Below are positions 50,277 to 60,600 of a stretch of 64,000 bases of DNA, one piece after another. This DNA comes from a virus (lineage: Duplodnaviria > Caudoviricetes): positions 1 to 64,000 of IMG/VR virus record IMGVR_UViG_3300028888_000073. One strand, given 5' to 3'. The translations under genes and the position numbers were made by a program. A model generated the notes under the pieces. It worked only from the letters and a program-made list of their open reading frames with translations. It made no database searches and was not told where the DNA came from. Within the stretch, counting starts at the first letter, position 1; each line of letters starts with the position of its first letter.

Positions 50277-51710
50277 TTACAGATTATTTATAAGTGCTGT
50301 TTGTGTTGCATTTCCGGCAACTCCATCAACTTGTAATCCATGCTCTAGTTGGAATGCAAGCAACGCACCTAATGTGATCTTGCCAAAGTCACCATCAATA
50401 TCTCCCGTAAAATATCCTAGTTGTTTCAGATACCATTGCAACCATTTAACGCTTTCTCCGTTATCTCCTTTTTTGATTACAGTTGTCGGGGTATGATACG
50501 GAGAAGCAACGCTAGGTCTTTTAACAACCGCCGGATTCTCAATAAATCCTAAGAATTTATAATTTTGTCCCCCGCCCCAATTACCATCATTTCTTCTAGT
50601 AGTTGTCCAGAAAGACCTAGATGATTTATATCCGGATTCACTTGTAACAATACTTCCGTCAGCATTGATCTTTTCAACTATAGCAACATGACCTGCTCCA
50701 TCAGCACTATTTCCTACTTGACCTTTTGCAAAAACAAGACACGCTCCGAGTGATGGTGTATGAGAAACTTTAAGACCTTGTGCGTTTGCGAATTGGTTTA
50801 TAAAATTCTCAGCGTTCGTAGAGCCTAGATATTTACACCTACCGTAACCGCCTATCTCATTAAATCTTCCTACGGCGTGTCCAACGCAATTATTATAAAC
50901 ATTTAATCCCTCTTGTGCAGGATTTCCGACAATACATGGATTATACCCGCCAGATGCGATTGTGTTGTAATATGGGTTTCCTCTTTCAGGAATCGTCAGT
51001 CTTGGCACGAAGTTTACTGCATTGTCAGTGCTATTGTTCAATTGTGTTGTTTGTGGTGTATGTGGTTGTGACTGTGTATTTGAAGAAAAGCCGTTTAGTC
51101 CCTTATTTTTAATTTTAGTAGGATAATCTGTATAGCAGACATCAAGATCAACATTTCCAGTTATACCAATAACCTTTCCAGTTTCACTTTTCTGCCAAAT
51201 TCCAACATCACCGTCATATCTTAGCTTGCTACTCCATTCCGCAAGCCACAGTGCATAGCGTTTCTTAATATCGTCCTCAATATAAGATTGTAGATGTCCA
51301 CGAGAGATATAAAGACCTACCCAATAACCTTTGGACTCAACTCTTGATAGAAACGCTCTGACAATAGAAGACAGCTTAGATTTTCCTAATGCTAGTTGTG
51401 AATCAAGTTCAATATCTACGAATACCGGATATTCAAATTGCTTACCTTTGATGATCGACAAGAAAATATCCGCTTCCTCTACTGCTTCTGTCTCTGTCAA
51501 CGCTTTACAAAACCAGTATGTTCCGACTGGAATTCCTTTTGCCTTTGCGTTTGAATAATGTGCTTCAAACATAGTATCTTTTTTACGTTTTACTTTGCCA
51601 CCACCCGCTTGAATGATCACAAAATCAGTCACAACTTTGCTCCAATCAACCTGAGTTTGACACCATGAAATATCAATTCCTCTAGCAATAACTGTTCTCA
51701 TACTATACAC
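50277..51710 (-). CDS. Endolysin: GH25 muramidase + CHAP + PG-binding domain
   Basis: GIDISWCQ, DIE, VDLD; NCVG...GHVAIVE...SES; VKWLQ...DGDFG...FQLEHGLQVDGVAG. Confidence 0.92.
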   Translation of the reverse strand: MYSMRTVIARGIDISWCQTQVDWSKVVTDFVIIQAGGGKVKRKKDTMFEAHYSNAKAKGIPVGTYWFCKALTETEAVEEADIFLSIIKGKQFEYPVFVDIELDSQLALGKSKLSSIVRAFLSRVESKGYWVGLYISRGHLQSYIEDDIKKRYALWLAEWSSKLRYDGDVGIWQKSETGKVIGITGNVDLDVCYTDYPTKIKNKGLNGFSSNTQSQPHTPQTTQLNNSTDNAVNFVPRLTIPERGNPYYNTIASGGYNPCIVGNPAQEGLNVYNNCVGHAVGRFNEIGGYGRCKYLGSTNAENFINQFANAQGLKVSHTPSLGACLVFAKGQVGNSADGAGHVAIVEKINADGSIVTSESGYKSSRSFWTTTRRNDGNWGGGQNYKFLGFIENPAVVKRPSVASPYHTPTTVIKKGDNGESVKWLQWYLKQLGYFTGDIDGDFGKITLGALLAFQLEHGLQVDGVAGNATQTALINNL

Positions 51711-51855
51711 ATCCTTTCAATAAATAGCATAGTCACGTATCTGCTATTATATATAATGTTTGTAATAGAACATATCATATAATTTATTGCAACATATAGC
51801 TAGTACCTACAGAATTTCACATTATTCATTAAAACAAAAATATTTTATAAAACGC

Positions 51856-51884
51856 TTGACAAATGACAGATTATATGATATACT
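51856..51884 (+). promoter_or_regulatory. sigmaA-type early promoter
   Basis: TTGACA-17 nt-TATACT with extended TG. Confidence 0.8.
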
Positions 51885-52088
51885 ATGTTTAATGATAGTG
51901 AGGTGTCTATTATGGATACAGATGGAATGCTTGAAAGACTTTCCGCAGAATATGTAGGTAAGTGTAATTGCTGTGATGAATGCTTTGCAGAGTTTTACTG
52001 TATTGAAAATGATCTACGGGTAAGCAGATGCCCGAATGATGATTGTCATAAAAATGTTATAGAATACTTAAAGGAGATTTTTTCATGA
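51885..52088 (+). CDS. Small Cys-rich protein
   Basis: Probable start MDTDG after GAGG. Confidence 0.55.
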   Translation: MFNDSEVSIMDTDGMLERLSAEYVGKCNCCDECFAEFYCIENDLRVSRCPNDDCHKNVIEYLKEIFS

Positions 52089-52603
52089 ATATTACAGTTA
52101 GACATGGTGTTTTTGAGACAAATTCAAGTAGTACACATAGTATCGTGATTCCAAAGAAAGATGTTACAGAATTCCCAAAATCCATCGAATTCTGTCAAGG
52201 CGAATATGGGTGGGAATTTGAACAATACAGTCTACCGAATTATCTATACACTGCTATTCGCAACAGTCGGCATGTGGATGAATATATTGAAAAACTGAAA
52301 AGTGTACTTGATAAACATAATATTGAATATACGTTCGATGATTCATATGAAGGATACATTGATCATGAATATGAACTTGAAGATTTCCTAGAAGCTGTGT
52401 TCTCGGATGAAGATTTACTGCTTAGATGTCTTTTTGGAGATAGTGCTGTCTACACAGGAAATGATAATAGTGGATATACAGAGGAAGATACAGACGGTTG
52501 CATGATCGCAAGAGAAGAATATTATGATTCTGATAAAAATGAATATGTTGGGAATCCATACCACGATGAAGCAAGCTATGACTATTTCTTTAAGGGTAAT
52601 TGA
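52085..52603 (+). CDS. Phage protein of unknown function (GVFETNSSSTHS family)
   Basis: Characteristic N-terminal RHGVFETNSSSTHS. Confidence 0.7.
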   Translation: MNITVRHGVFETNSSSTHSIVIPKKDVTEFPKSIEFCQGEYGWEFEQYSLPNYLYTAIRNSRHVDEYIEKLKSVLDKHNIEYTFDDSYEGYIDHEYELEDFLEAVFSDEDLLLRCLFGDSAVYTGNDNSGYTEEDTDGCMIAREEYYDSDKNEYVGNPYHDEASYDYFFKGN

Positions 52604-53025
52604 TCATGACATTTGAAGAAGCTGTAAAGTTTTTAGAGGAAGTAGAAGAAACAAACCTTAATCTTTATGTGATTAACGGAAGATGTTCAGGAAAACTTCA
52701 AAAAGCCAGACTTCTTGAAGCCATTCACGTTATTAAAGAATGTGCTGTTAATGATTATGTGAGAGATAAAAGATTGATTCCTGTAACGCCACACCATACA
52801 AAGATGGAATTCCGTAGTGAAACAACCCCATATGTAATTACAGATAATTGTCCGGTATGCTTCTATAAAAATGGTTTAGGTTTATTTGATAGTATGTTAC
52901 CGAAGAAAGCTAAATTTTGTCAGCGTTGTGGTCAAGCTATTGATTGGTCTGAATACGATGAAGATGGAAAAATGGATTGGGATGCTTATATGAATAGAGG
53001 TGAAAAACATGCTGAACAGTTTTGA
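52600..53025 (+). CDS. Zinc-ribbon protein
   Basis: CPVC...FCQRCGQAIDW. Confidence 0.65.
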   Translation: MIMTFEEAVKFLEEVEETNLNLYVINGRCSGKLQKARLLEAIHVIKECAVNDYVRDKRLIPVTPHHTKMEFRSETTPYVITDNCPVCFYKNGLGLFDSMLPKKAKFCQRCGQAIDWSEYDEDGKMDWDAYMNRGEKHAEQF

Positions 53026-54034
53026 AAAATTTACTGACTACTTATCCAAATCACTTGCTAATATTGGTATTCCAGTAGATATTGAACGGTATAAGTTTTT
53101 AGATAACTATGATGCTGACAGATTTATTATTATCGGATTGGGTGGATCACACGCATATGGAACAAATGTACCTACGTCTGATCTTGACATTAGAGGTATT
53201 GCGCTAAATAGTGTTGAAGATATTCTTACAGGAAGTGATTTTGAACAGATTGTGAATAATGTAACAGATACTACTATTTATTCTCTGAATAAGATTGTAC
53301 ATCTTCTTTCTAACTGCAATCCGAACACAATTGAGATTTTAGGACTTAAGCCTGAACATTATCTGTATGTGTCCGGTTGTGGAAAGAGACTGCTTAAGTC
53401 GAAGGATATGTTTCTATCTAAAAGGGCTATTAAGTCTTTCGGCGGATATGCAACATCACAACTGTACCGACTTAGACAGAAAACAAAAGATGCACTCACT
53501 GAAGAAGAATTAAATGCACACATTGTAAAAGTATTAAACAATGTAAAAGATACTATCTATGATGGATACGATGTTTCCGTATTTGATATCTACTACAAAG
53601 ATGGAGAAATTAAAATTGATATCAATGTCAGTGATTATAAACTGGATGATTTCGTGACAATTCTTGAAACATTCAATAAAACGCTTAGAGATTACAGACA
53701 ACGCTCTGTGCGAAATGATAAAGCTATTGAACACGATAAGATTTCTAAGCACGCCATGCACCTTCTTAGATTGTATATGATGCTTGAAGATATTCTTCTG
53801 TATGGTGAGATTAATACCTACCGTGAAAAGGAACATGATCTTCTTATGGCTATTCGCAATAATGAATTTCTTGATGAGCGTGGAATGATGAATGCTGAAT
53901 TCTTTAAGCTAGTAGATGACTACAAAAACAGATGTGAAATTGCAGAGAAGAAATCTGATCTTCCTGATGAACCGGATAAGGAAAGAATTAAAGATTTTCT
54001 TATTGATGAAAATTACATATATTTAACTTACTGA
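53000..54034 (+). CDS. Pol-beta superfamily nucleotidyltransferase (RlaP/YcgL-like)
   Basis: GGSHAYGTNVPTSDLDIRG, NPNTIE, FGGYA, KHAMHLLRL. Confidence 0.85.
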   Translation: MKNMLNSFEKFTDYLSKSLANIGIPVDIERYKFLDNYDADRFIIIGLGGSHAYGTNVPTSDLDIRGIALNSVEDILTGSDFEQIVNNVTDTTIYSLNKIVHLLSNCNPNTIEILGLKPEHYLYVSGCGKRLLKSKDMFLSKRAIKSFGGYATSQLYRLRQKTKDALTEEELNAHIVKVLNNVKDTIYDGYDVSVFDIYYKDGEIKIDINVSDYKLDDFVTILETFNKTLRDYRQRSVRNDKAIEHDKISKHAMHLLRLYMMLEDILLYGEINTYREKEHDLLMAIRNNEFLDERGMMNAEFFKLVDDYKNRCEIAEKKSDLPDEPDKERIKDFLIDENYIYLTY

Positions 54035-54060
54035 ATATATTGAAAATACTAATAATTAAA

Positions 54061-54092
54061 AACCCCTTGTGATAATTTCAACACAAGGGGTT
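54061..54092. terminator. Bidirectional terminator
   Basis: AACCCCTTGTG/CACAAGGGGTT between convergent genes. Confidence 0.8.
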
Positions 54093-54108
54093 AGATTTTA
54101 TTGCTAAT

Positions 54109-54600
54109 TTATGATAAGATATCAATATTTTCCAGTTTAGCTTCAATGAGTTCTCTGATCTTTTCATTAAGCGCGTACATAAACTCTCCGTCATCGAACA
54201 TCTGATTAACGTCATAATCTGATCCTGAGATGTCTGTAACATTTACAGAAACAGAATACGATCCAATGAATTTTACATGTGCTTCACACTCAAGTTCACG
54301 TTCTTCCTCGAACGGAAACCACTCAATAGAACTCTTTCTAAAAAGTTCATTTTTGTACTTATTAAAGACTTCCGTTGCAAACTGATCAATGTACATATCA
54401 AATTCACAACAGAGTCCCACATACCCGCCAGAATCCCACATGGAGAATGAGTCCTCATTGATAGATGCATAGTCACCAAACAGGTTTCTTACGTTATCCT
54501 CTGCAATTCTGTAGTATGCTTCCTGAGTTGATTCATCATCATAGTCAATGTAGTCATCATTTTCGTAATCTTTATAATCCTCATTAATTCGTAATACCAT
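54109..54600 (-). CDS. Acidic protein with MVLRINE N-terminus
   Basis: Shared motif; GAGG RBS. Confidence 0.65.
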   Translation of the reverse strand: MVLRINEDYKDYENDDYIDYDDESTQEAYYRIAEDNVRNLFGDYASINEDSFSMWDSGGYVGLCCEFDMYIDQFATEVFNKYKNELFRKSSIEWFPFEEERELECEAHVKFIGSYSVSVNVTDISGSDYDVNQMFDDGEFMYALNEKIRELIEAKLENIDILS

Positions 54601-54638
54601 TTCAAATCATCCTCTCTAAACAATTAAACGGCTTCACC

Positions 54639-54676
54639 TACAAATATAGTATAACATATTATGAATAAAAAGTCAA
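54639..54676 (-). promoter_or_regulatory. sigmaA-type promoter (repeated cassette)
   Basis: TTGACT-17 nt-TATACT. Confidence 0.8.
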
Positions 54677-54707
54677 TAGATTTTGAAAATGTTTATTCAT
54701 TAACTAT

Positions 54708-57479
54708 TTATTTTCTTTCTAGGAAGCTATTATATGTCATATTAACTGTAGGATTTACATAGACATCGAATCTATATCTTGAAACCTCTGCATGATATTT
54801 ATTATTCATACTAAATAGTGTTTTTAGTTGTGGTGTGTTTGTAGGAACAACGTAGTTATTTTTCCTTATCATATAGATTGTCAACGGTTTCTGGTTATTA
54901 TAGCATTCCTTTATCCAATTGATGAAATCTGCCTTTGTCTTTCCGGCAAAATAGTGTGAGTAAATATAAATGTCCTGCTGATCACTTGACTGCTCATTAA
55001 AACAAATATATTCAAACACAGATGATAGAAATTCTACAGAGATCGCGCTAGGCTCATTCTCTGTTAAAACCTCTAAGTAATTAGGACTGTTTTTAGTTAC
55101 GTCAATATGAGGAACTATTGCAATATCGACAACGGAAGAAACATCGTTCGCAGTCTGCATAACCGCACTGTTTTTATAATTAACAAACATATCATCTTCC
55201 AGTTCGCGGCGAGTAAACACGTAATATGTTTCATCAGTTACGTTATAATGAATTGGAATTTCAAACCCGTGCGGCTTGTATTCTCTTGTATGATAATCCT
55301 GAATCGTGTTACCTTCATCAGGCGCATCTGTAGATATATTTGTTGTCATTACTTTGATATTAAAATCTACGCTATTTCCGACTTCTCCTGATACATTAAA
55401 TGTGATAGAATTAACTGTCTTTCCGCCTATACCTGTTTCATCTGAATTATAATCATCATAAATATCGGAAGAACTTTGACTGTCTATATTTATAAAATCT
55501 AGGTCTGCTCCGAATTTAAGTGATACAGAAACAGTAGAATCCGGATCAATGTCGTTAATAATATATAGGCATCCGTGTCCGTTATTTTGTATAGAATCTG
55601 GAATAGTCATTGAATCCATAAGCTGTAAGCTAAGTTCTGAATCCGTTCCTGTAAGTGTTCCGCTGATATGATAATTTCCAAAACCATCACACGTTATAGA
55701 TAGTCCATTATCAGTAATTGCGTGGTCAGTATCAACCACATCACTTGACGGTAGGATGTTGTATGTTGCATCACCAACTCCGTGAAGTCCTGTAGTTTTT
55801 CCAAATACTGTATAATCAAGTATCGGTGTTTCTACGTTATTAACCCCTGTTGGTTGGTTTAATGAAACAGAGTTACCAAGTCCGGTAATAGTAACTTCTT
55901 GTGATGGTTCTCCGGATATTGTTGAATCGCTGATCTCAATTGACGTGCTAGGTTTGAAATAATTACATAGAACAGAATCATCAGTATTTATATATTTTCC
56001 ATGAGTGCTGTCTTTAATGCCGATAACCGTAACTCCTGAAGATGTAGTGTATTCAACAAAATCATCTGGAAAACAATTATACAGGATTCCGTCCTCTTTT
56101 CTCATTATGCCACCGGTTTCATCTACAACATATTCAACCTTTGCAACCTTATAGATTGCTTCACCATTCGCACTACTTAGTGAATCAACATAATCACCTA
56201 TCTTTGCAAGTGGTTCTTCTAGTTCTATATCATTGAAGATAGGCGCAATCATATTGTATTTATTGAGAATTGAATCTGTCGGGTTGAATTTCATAACGAT
56301 AGGACGTACTACAATATCACCGACATTCTTATAAGCAGTATTAAATTCTATAACAATATCTATTTCAGAATTATTAACCATTTGTAATAGATATGATGGT
56401 TTACTAGGAGTAGGTAAAAATGTGCCGATATTGTTTGAATCTTTATCAAAAATGTGCATCTTGTAGAAATAGTTTGTTACAGTGTTATTCGCCGTAGGTC
56501 CGCATGGTAATGCATATATGAAATAATTACCTTTATTCAGTTTCAGTTTATTCTGATTAAGCCTGTATAGTGTCGGAATGCTAAATTGTAATGATGTAAG
56601 ATCATCACCGTTACCAGTCCTGTGTATAACAATATCACCATTTAATTTAGTAATACAGTTGTAGTTATCTGATAGAGTTGTAGTAGTCTCAGATACTATC
56701 TTTGGCTTGATAAGATTATTATATTCTGTGCTGATCTGAATATATGATTTATCAGCTTCACGATAGAACATATCCCTCATACCATGTGAAATCTCAATAT
56801 CACAAGTTCCGCCAGAGTTTGTTATAATGTCATCTCCTAGCATGAATTCTATCTTCTTGATCGTTTCATCAACATATACACTGTAATCAAGATTAAATCT
56901 TTTAGATCGAACATTGGGGAAATAATATCTGTCAGATTGATATCCTCCGCATAAACCGCAAGATATTCCATAATTTGAATCATTTTCCCACATCTTTATT
57001 ATGTGATCATCTCTCAGGTCAGCATTAGTATGTAGTGCATCGCCGCTGTCAGGATTCTGATAGCTTCCGCATACAATATTGCGTAATTTAATCCTTATAG
57101 TTATTCCAGAACACTCTTTATTTAATATCGTAAGTGGCTCACTCATTGGTAAACTTATACGATAATTAACAATCGCTTTTGATCTGTTCCCAACTGAATT
57201 TATCGGATTTTCAAGTAATGGTTGTGTTGCATAATCATATGTTTGTAGAGTATTACCAATGATAGTATATGATTCTACTGGATCGCCTATTGTTTCTAAT
57301 CTCATACCATCATTCACGTTGTTTCCATTTATACACTTAACAACAACTGAACCAGTAGATACTTTCCAACCTCTAATAAAGAACAGTCTATTTTTATTGT
57401 ACTTATATTTCACACTTCGGTCATTGTGAAATACAAATCCAACCTTTTTATCATTTTTAATTATCATTAGTATCACCAC
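54708..57479 (-). CDS. Large tail fibre/baseplate-associated beta-rich protein
   Basis: Shares EPLAKIGDY.D.L and related modules with the adjacent fibre gene. Confidence 0.6.
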   Translation of the reverse strand: MVILMIIKNDKKVGFVFHNDRSVKYKYNKNRLFFIRGWKVSTGSVVVKCINGNNVNDGMRLETIGDPVESYTIIGNTLQTYDYATQPLLENPINSVGNRSKAIVNYRISLPMSEPLTILNKECSGITIRIKLRNIVCGSYQNPDSGDALHTNADLRDDHIIKMWENDSNYGISCGLCGGYQSDRYYFPNVRSKRFNLDYSVYVDETIKKIEFMLGDDIITNSGGTCDIEISHGMRDMFYREADKSYIQISTEYNNLIKPKIVSETTTTLSDNYNCITKLNGDIVIHRTGNGDDLTSLQFSIPTLYRLNQNKLKLNKGNYFIYALPCGPTANNTVTNYFYKMHIFDKDSNNIGTFLPTPSKPSYLLQMVNNSEIDIVIEFNTAYKNVGDIVVRPIVMKFNPTDSILNKYNMIAPIFNDIELEEPLAKIGDYVDSLSSANGEAIYKVAKVEYVVDETGGIMRKEDGILYNCFPDDFVEYTTSSGVTVIGIKDSTHGKYINTDDSVLCNYFKPSTSIEISDSTISGEPSQEVTITGLGNSVSLNQPTGVNNVETPILDYTVFGKTTGLHGVGDATYNILPSSDVVDTDHAITDNGLSITCDGFGNYHISGTLTGTDSELSLQLMDSMTIPDSIQNNGHGCLYIINDIDPDSTVSVSLKFGADLDFINIDSQSSSDIYDDYNSDETGIGGKTVNSITFNVSGEVGNSVDFNIKVMTTNISTDAPDEGNTIQDYHTREYKPHGFEIPIHYNVTDETYYVFTRRELEDDMFVNYKNSAVMQTANDVSSVVDIAIVPHIDVTKNSPNYLEVLTENEPSAISVEFLSSVFEYICFNEQSSDQQDIYIYSHYFAGKTKADFINWIKECYNNQKPLTIYMIRKNNYVVPTNTPQLKTLFSMNNKYHAEVSRYRFDVYVNPTVNMTYNSFLERK

Positions 57480-57616
57480 TATGTAAGTTTCAAATCTTCC
57501 AAAGTAGCAATTTAATACTACTGTGGATAAAATAATCTTCCATCATATTTTTAATTATTCATTTTTTTTATAATCTGAGAATTGTTCCACTCTTATTATT
57601 TTTTGTAATGTACGCT

Positions 57617-57652
57617 TCGCGTAAGCCGCCCTAACGGACGGCGATTACGCGA
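57617..57652 (-). other. GC-rich hairpin immediately after the stop codon; probable DGR target-recognition structure
   Basis: TCGCGTAA-GCCGCCC-TAAC-GGACGGC-GA-TTACGCGA; no U-tract follows on the coding strand. Confidence 0.6.
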
Positions 57653-60600
57653 TCACTGGATGATGTGAGCGGGGGCGACTCCTAGGTTACGGTCAGCATT
57701 GTTGTTGCTCAAAGCACCAGAAGCGTTACAATTTCGGAAATAGTGAGCGTAAGTCGGGTACGGAGTTCTAAGCCACCAAGAATAAGCAACTCCATTATCA
57801 ATTCTATGTTTTATTCTATCATCATTTGTATTATGTGTATTATAATAATCTAATAATGTTCCAATATTAGGTGTTGCAGATAGACCAACTTCTGTATGTG
57901 ATAGTAAAAATACTTTATCTGTGTTTATCTTATATTCTGTATTTAGTGTAAATGTTCTTCCGTCTAATGAAGGATATTCAAATATATTATTTGTTATATG
58001 AGTAATTTCAGGTGTTGCTAGTACATTTACAAAATCTTCATTTAATGATCTTAAATAACCGTTTATTGATCTGCTTCCATAAGGTCTATCGAATATAGTA
58101 GTTGGATGCCACCAGTTATTTTCCGCAAGGTCTGTATTTAGTAATTGTCTAAGACCGGATTGATAATAATTGTTTGAACCATATCTTGCACGATGAATAT
58201 GATTTAGTTTACCATATGCACTGTCAGGATCATTATTTGATAGTTTTATTGTTCCTAAATCAATTGCTTCCGGTGATTCACCTTCAACCCATTCTGATAA
58301 CTGTAATGCATTAAATCCAGTTATTGCTGTTGTTTTTGTTTGCGGATTCGGACCAGCATATGCTGTAACAGTGCTTGGTAGTTGTTGATATGCCCATGAC
58401 AATGTTATTTGACTATCAACTGGAACGCTTGCAGTTGATGTAAAATAATATGTTTTATTACCGCCATATGCTGTATCATAGTTAGGTATTTTGAATTTAT
58501 ATGTTCCGGGTTGCATTTCAACAGTTGTATATAAAAATGCTTCTGTTGCGTCAAATTGCCACGGTCCGGATAGATTTAACTGACAAAGCGTCATGCTGTG
58601 CGTGTATCCTCGCGCCGTCAGTGATGGATCAAAATGTTTATCATACCCTACAACTTGGAATGCTCTTCCTGTTGTTTCATCTTCATTGTCATATAAGATT
58701 GTTCCAACTGGGAATTTTGTTTGAGCCAATCCACTTCTAACATCTTCTCTGATTTTACCCCAATATGTGTACCTTATATGTCCATCAATAGTTACATCGT
58801 ATGGTGCAAGATCAGTATCAACTGTTATCTTATTCTGTCCTACAGTTGTTGGAATTTCCGGTGGAGTATAAACTGTAACTGCATATGTACCACCAGTTTC
58901 TTCTTTTCCATTCCATTTTGGTATACTTGGATGTTCAGGAGTTGGAGTGCTAATTTGTGTTAAATATCCTTCTATTTCTCCTGTCATTCCTGTTGGAATT
59001 GAGACTGTTTCTGTTTCCGGTTCGGAAAGAACATACCAGACTGTTATCGGTGTTCCTGCGGCGTATTGAGCGGCAAGGTATTGCCTGAAAGCCGCCACGT
59101 CTGTGCAGTCGTCAAGTCGGAATGAAAATGCCGTCGAGCCGACGTAAAACTCCCCGTCGATGAGAGTTGCAACGGTTCCGTTTCGCACAAAATGCGATGA
59201 CGTTCCGTATCCGACCGTTGAGCTGGGCCAACCGTTTCCGCCAATTGAGAAAGAATAGCTATTTTCCGGAGATGTACGCTTGTTGATACTTATTTCCTCC
59301 CCCGTCAATACCAATTTCTTAATCTTCCTAGTAATAACACCAGTAGAAAGATTCAAAATATCTTTATAATCTCCAATACCGTATAGTGGAGCAGATAAGC
59401 CATTAACTTTAATTGTTGTTAGTTCATCTGCATAGTCTCCTATTTTTGCTAATGGTTCGTTGACGATACCTGTCTGCTCTATATTAAGTGCATACCACAA
59501 TAGAACACCTGACATTGCAGACTTAAACTCTTCGGCTGTCATTTCTTCAAATCCTGTTTTGTTAATTGAGATATATGATTGATTGTTGATTGACGCGCAC
59601 AAAGAGTATGGTGTAGAATTATAATTGTTTGCCGAAACAACTTTGAAATGCGAGCAAATAGCCGGTGCGATTTGTGAATTATTGACAACTTTTCCGTTAC
59701 CTAAATTTGCACCGAAATTACCAGAATTTGTTTTTGTGTAAGTAAGCGTACCTAGATCGACACATTTAATTCTTCTTATAGTAGGAACTTCACCTAGATA
59801 TATAGGAGTTGTTTTATTTAGATATGGAGAATATGGTAATGCTGTACTTCCGGAATTTAGCATTAAATACGTGCCTAAATTATCAGAAACCACAAAAGTT
59901 AAAATGTAATCAGATAGTAATGTTATAGTTATTGTATGAAAAACACCTGATTGTGGTCCGATTGCCAATCCATCCCATAATGTATAATAACCTGACGTGT
60001 ATGTGATTGTATCATCTACGTTTAATTGTATATGGTTCATATCGAATACTTGTATAATTGGAAGTTTACCATCAGAAGAAATTGTATATGTTCCCGCTTT
60101 CAAAACTATCGCATTGTCTGGATTATATTTTTTATAATCATTTGCATAAACATATTTAGGAACACCCTTATCCCACAAATTCTTTCCATTATTATCAAAA
60201 GATATTTTATATCCATATGGTTCAAATGGAAGAAGTGACTGCCCTGTATTACACATAGCATTTTGAATGGTATCAGGATTTCTAACAGCAACAAAACCGT
60301 TAATTGGTGATGCAATATCCCTAAAAGAATCTACAACACGGCTACTATCGAACGAAATTGAACCGATCACAGGCTCATCTTCAAAGAATGCATATACATA
60401 ACCATTACCAGTATATTGTATTCCTTGTTCTACTTTTGCTATGTATAAATCGAATCCTGATAACGCAGTAATTACACCACTATCAGATATATTAGCACCT
60501 TCGATTTTTTTGAAATACAAATTTTCTGTTCTAACACCACAAAATTCCGGAACAATCGGCGCGTCAGGTGTAGGTGTTCCATTTTGAACGCCATTACCTA

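Noticed and set aside
24161-54676. Dispersed repeat as a CRISPR array or att site
   Set aside because: Copies are kilobases apart and match -35/-10 promoter geometry; no regular spacers, no cas or integrase gene.
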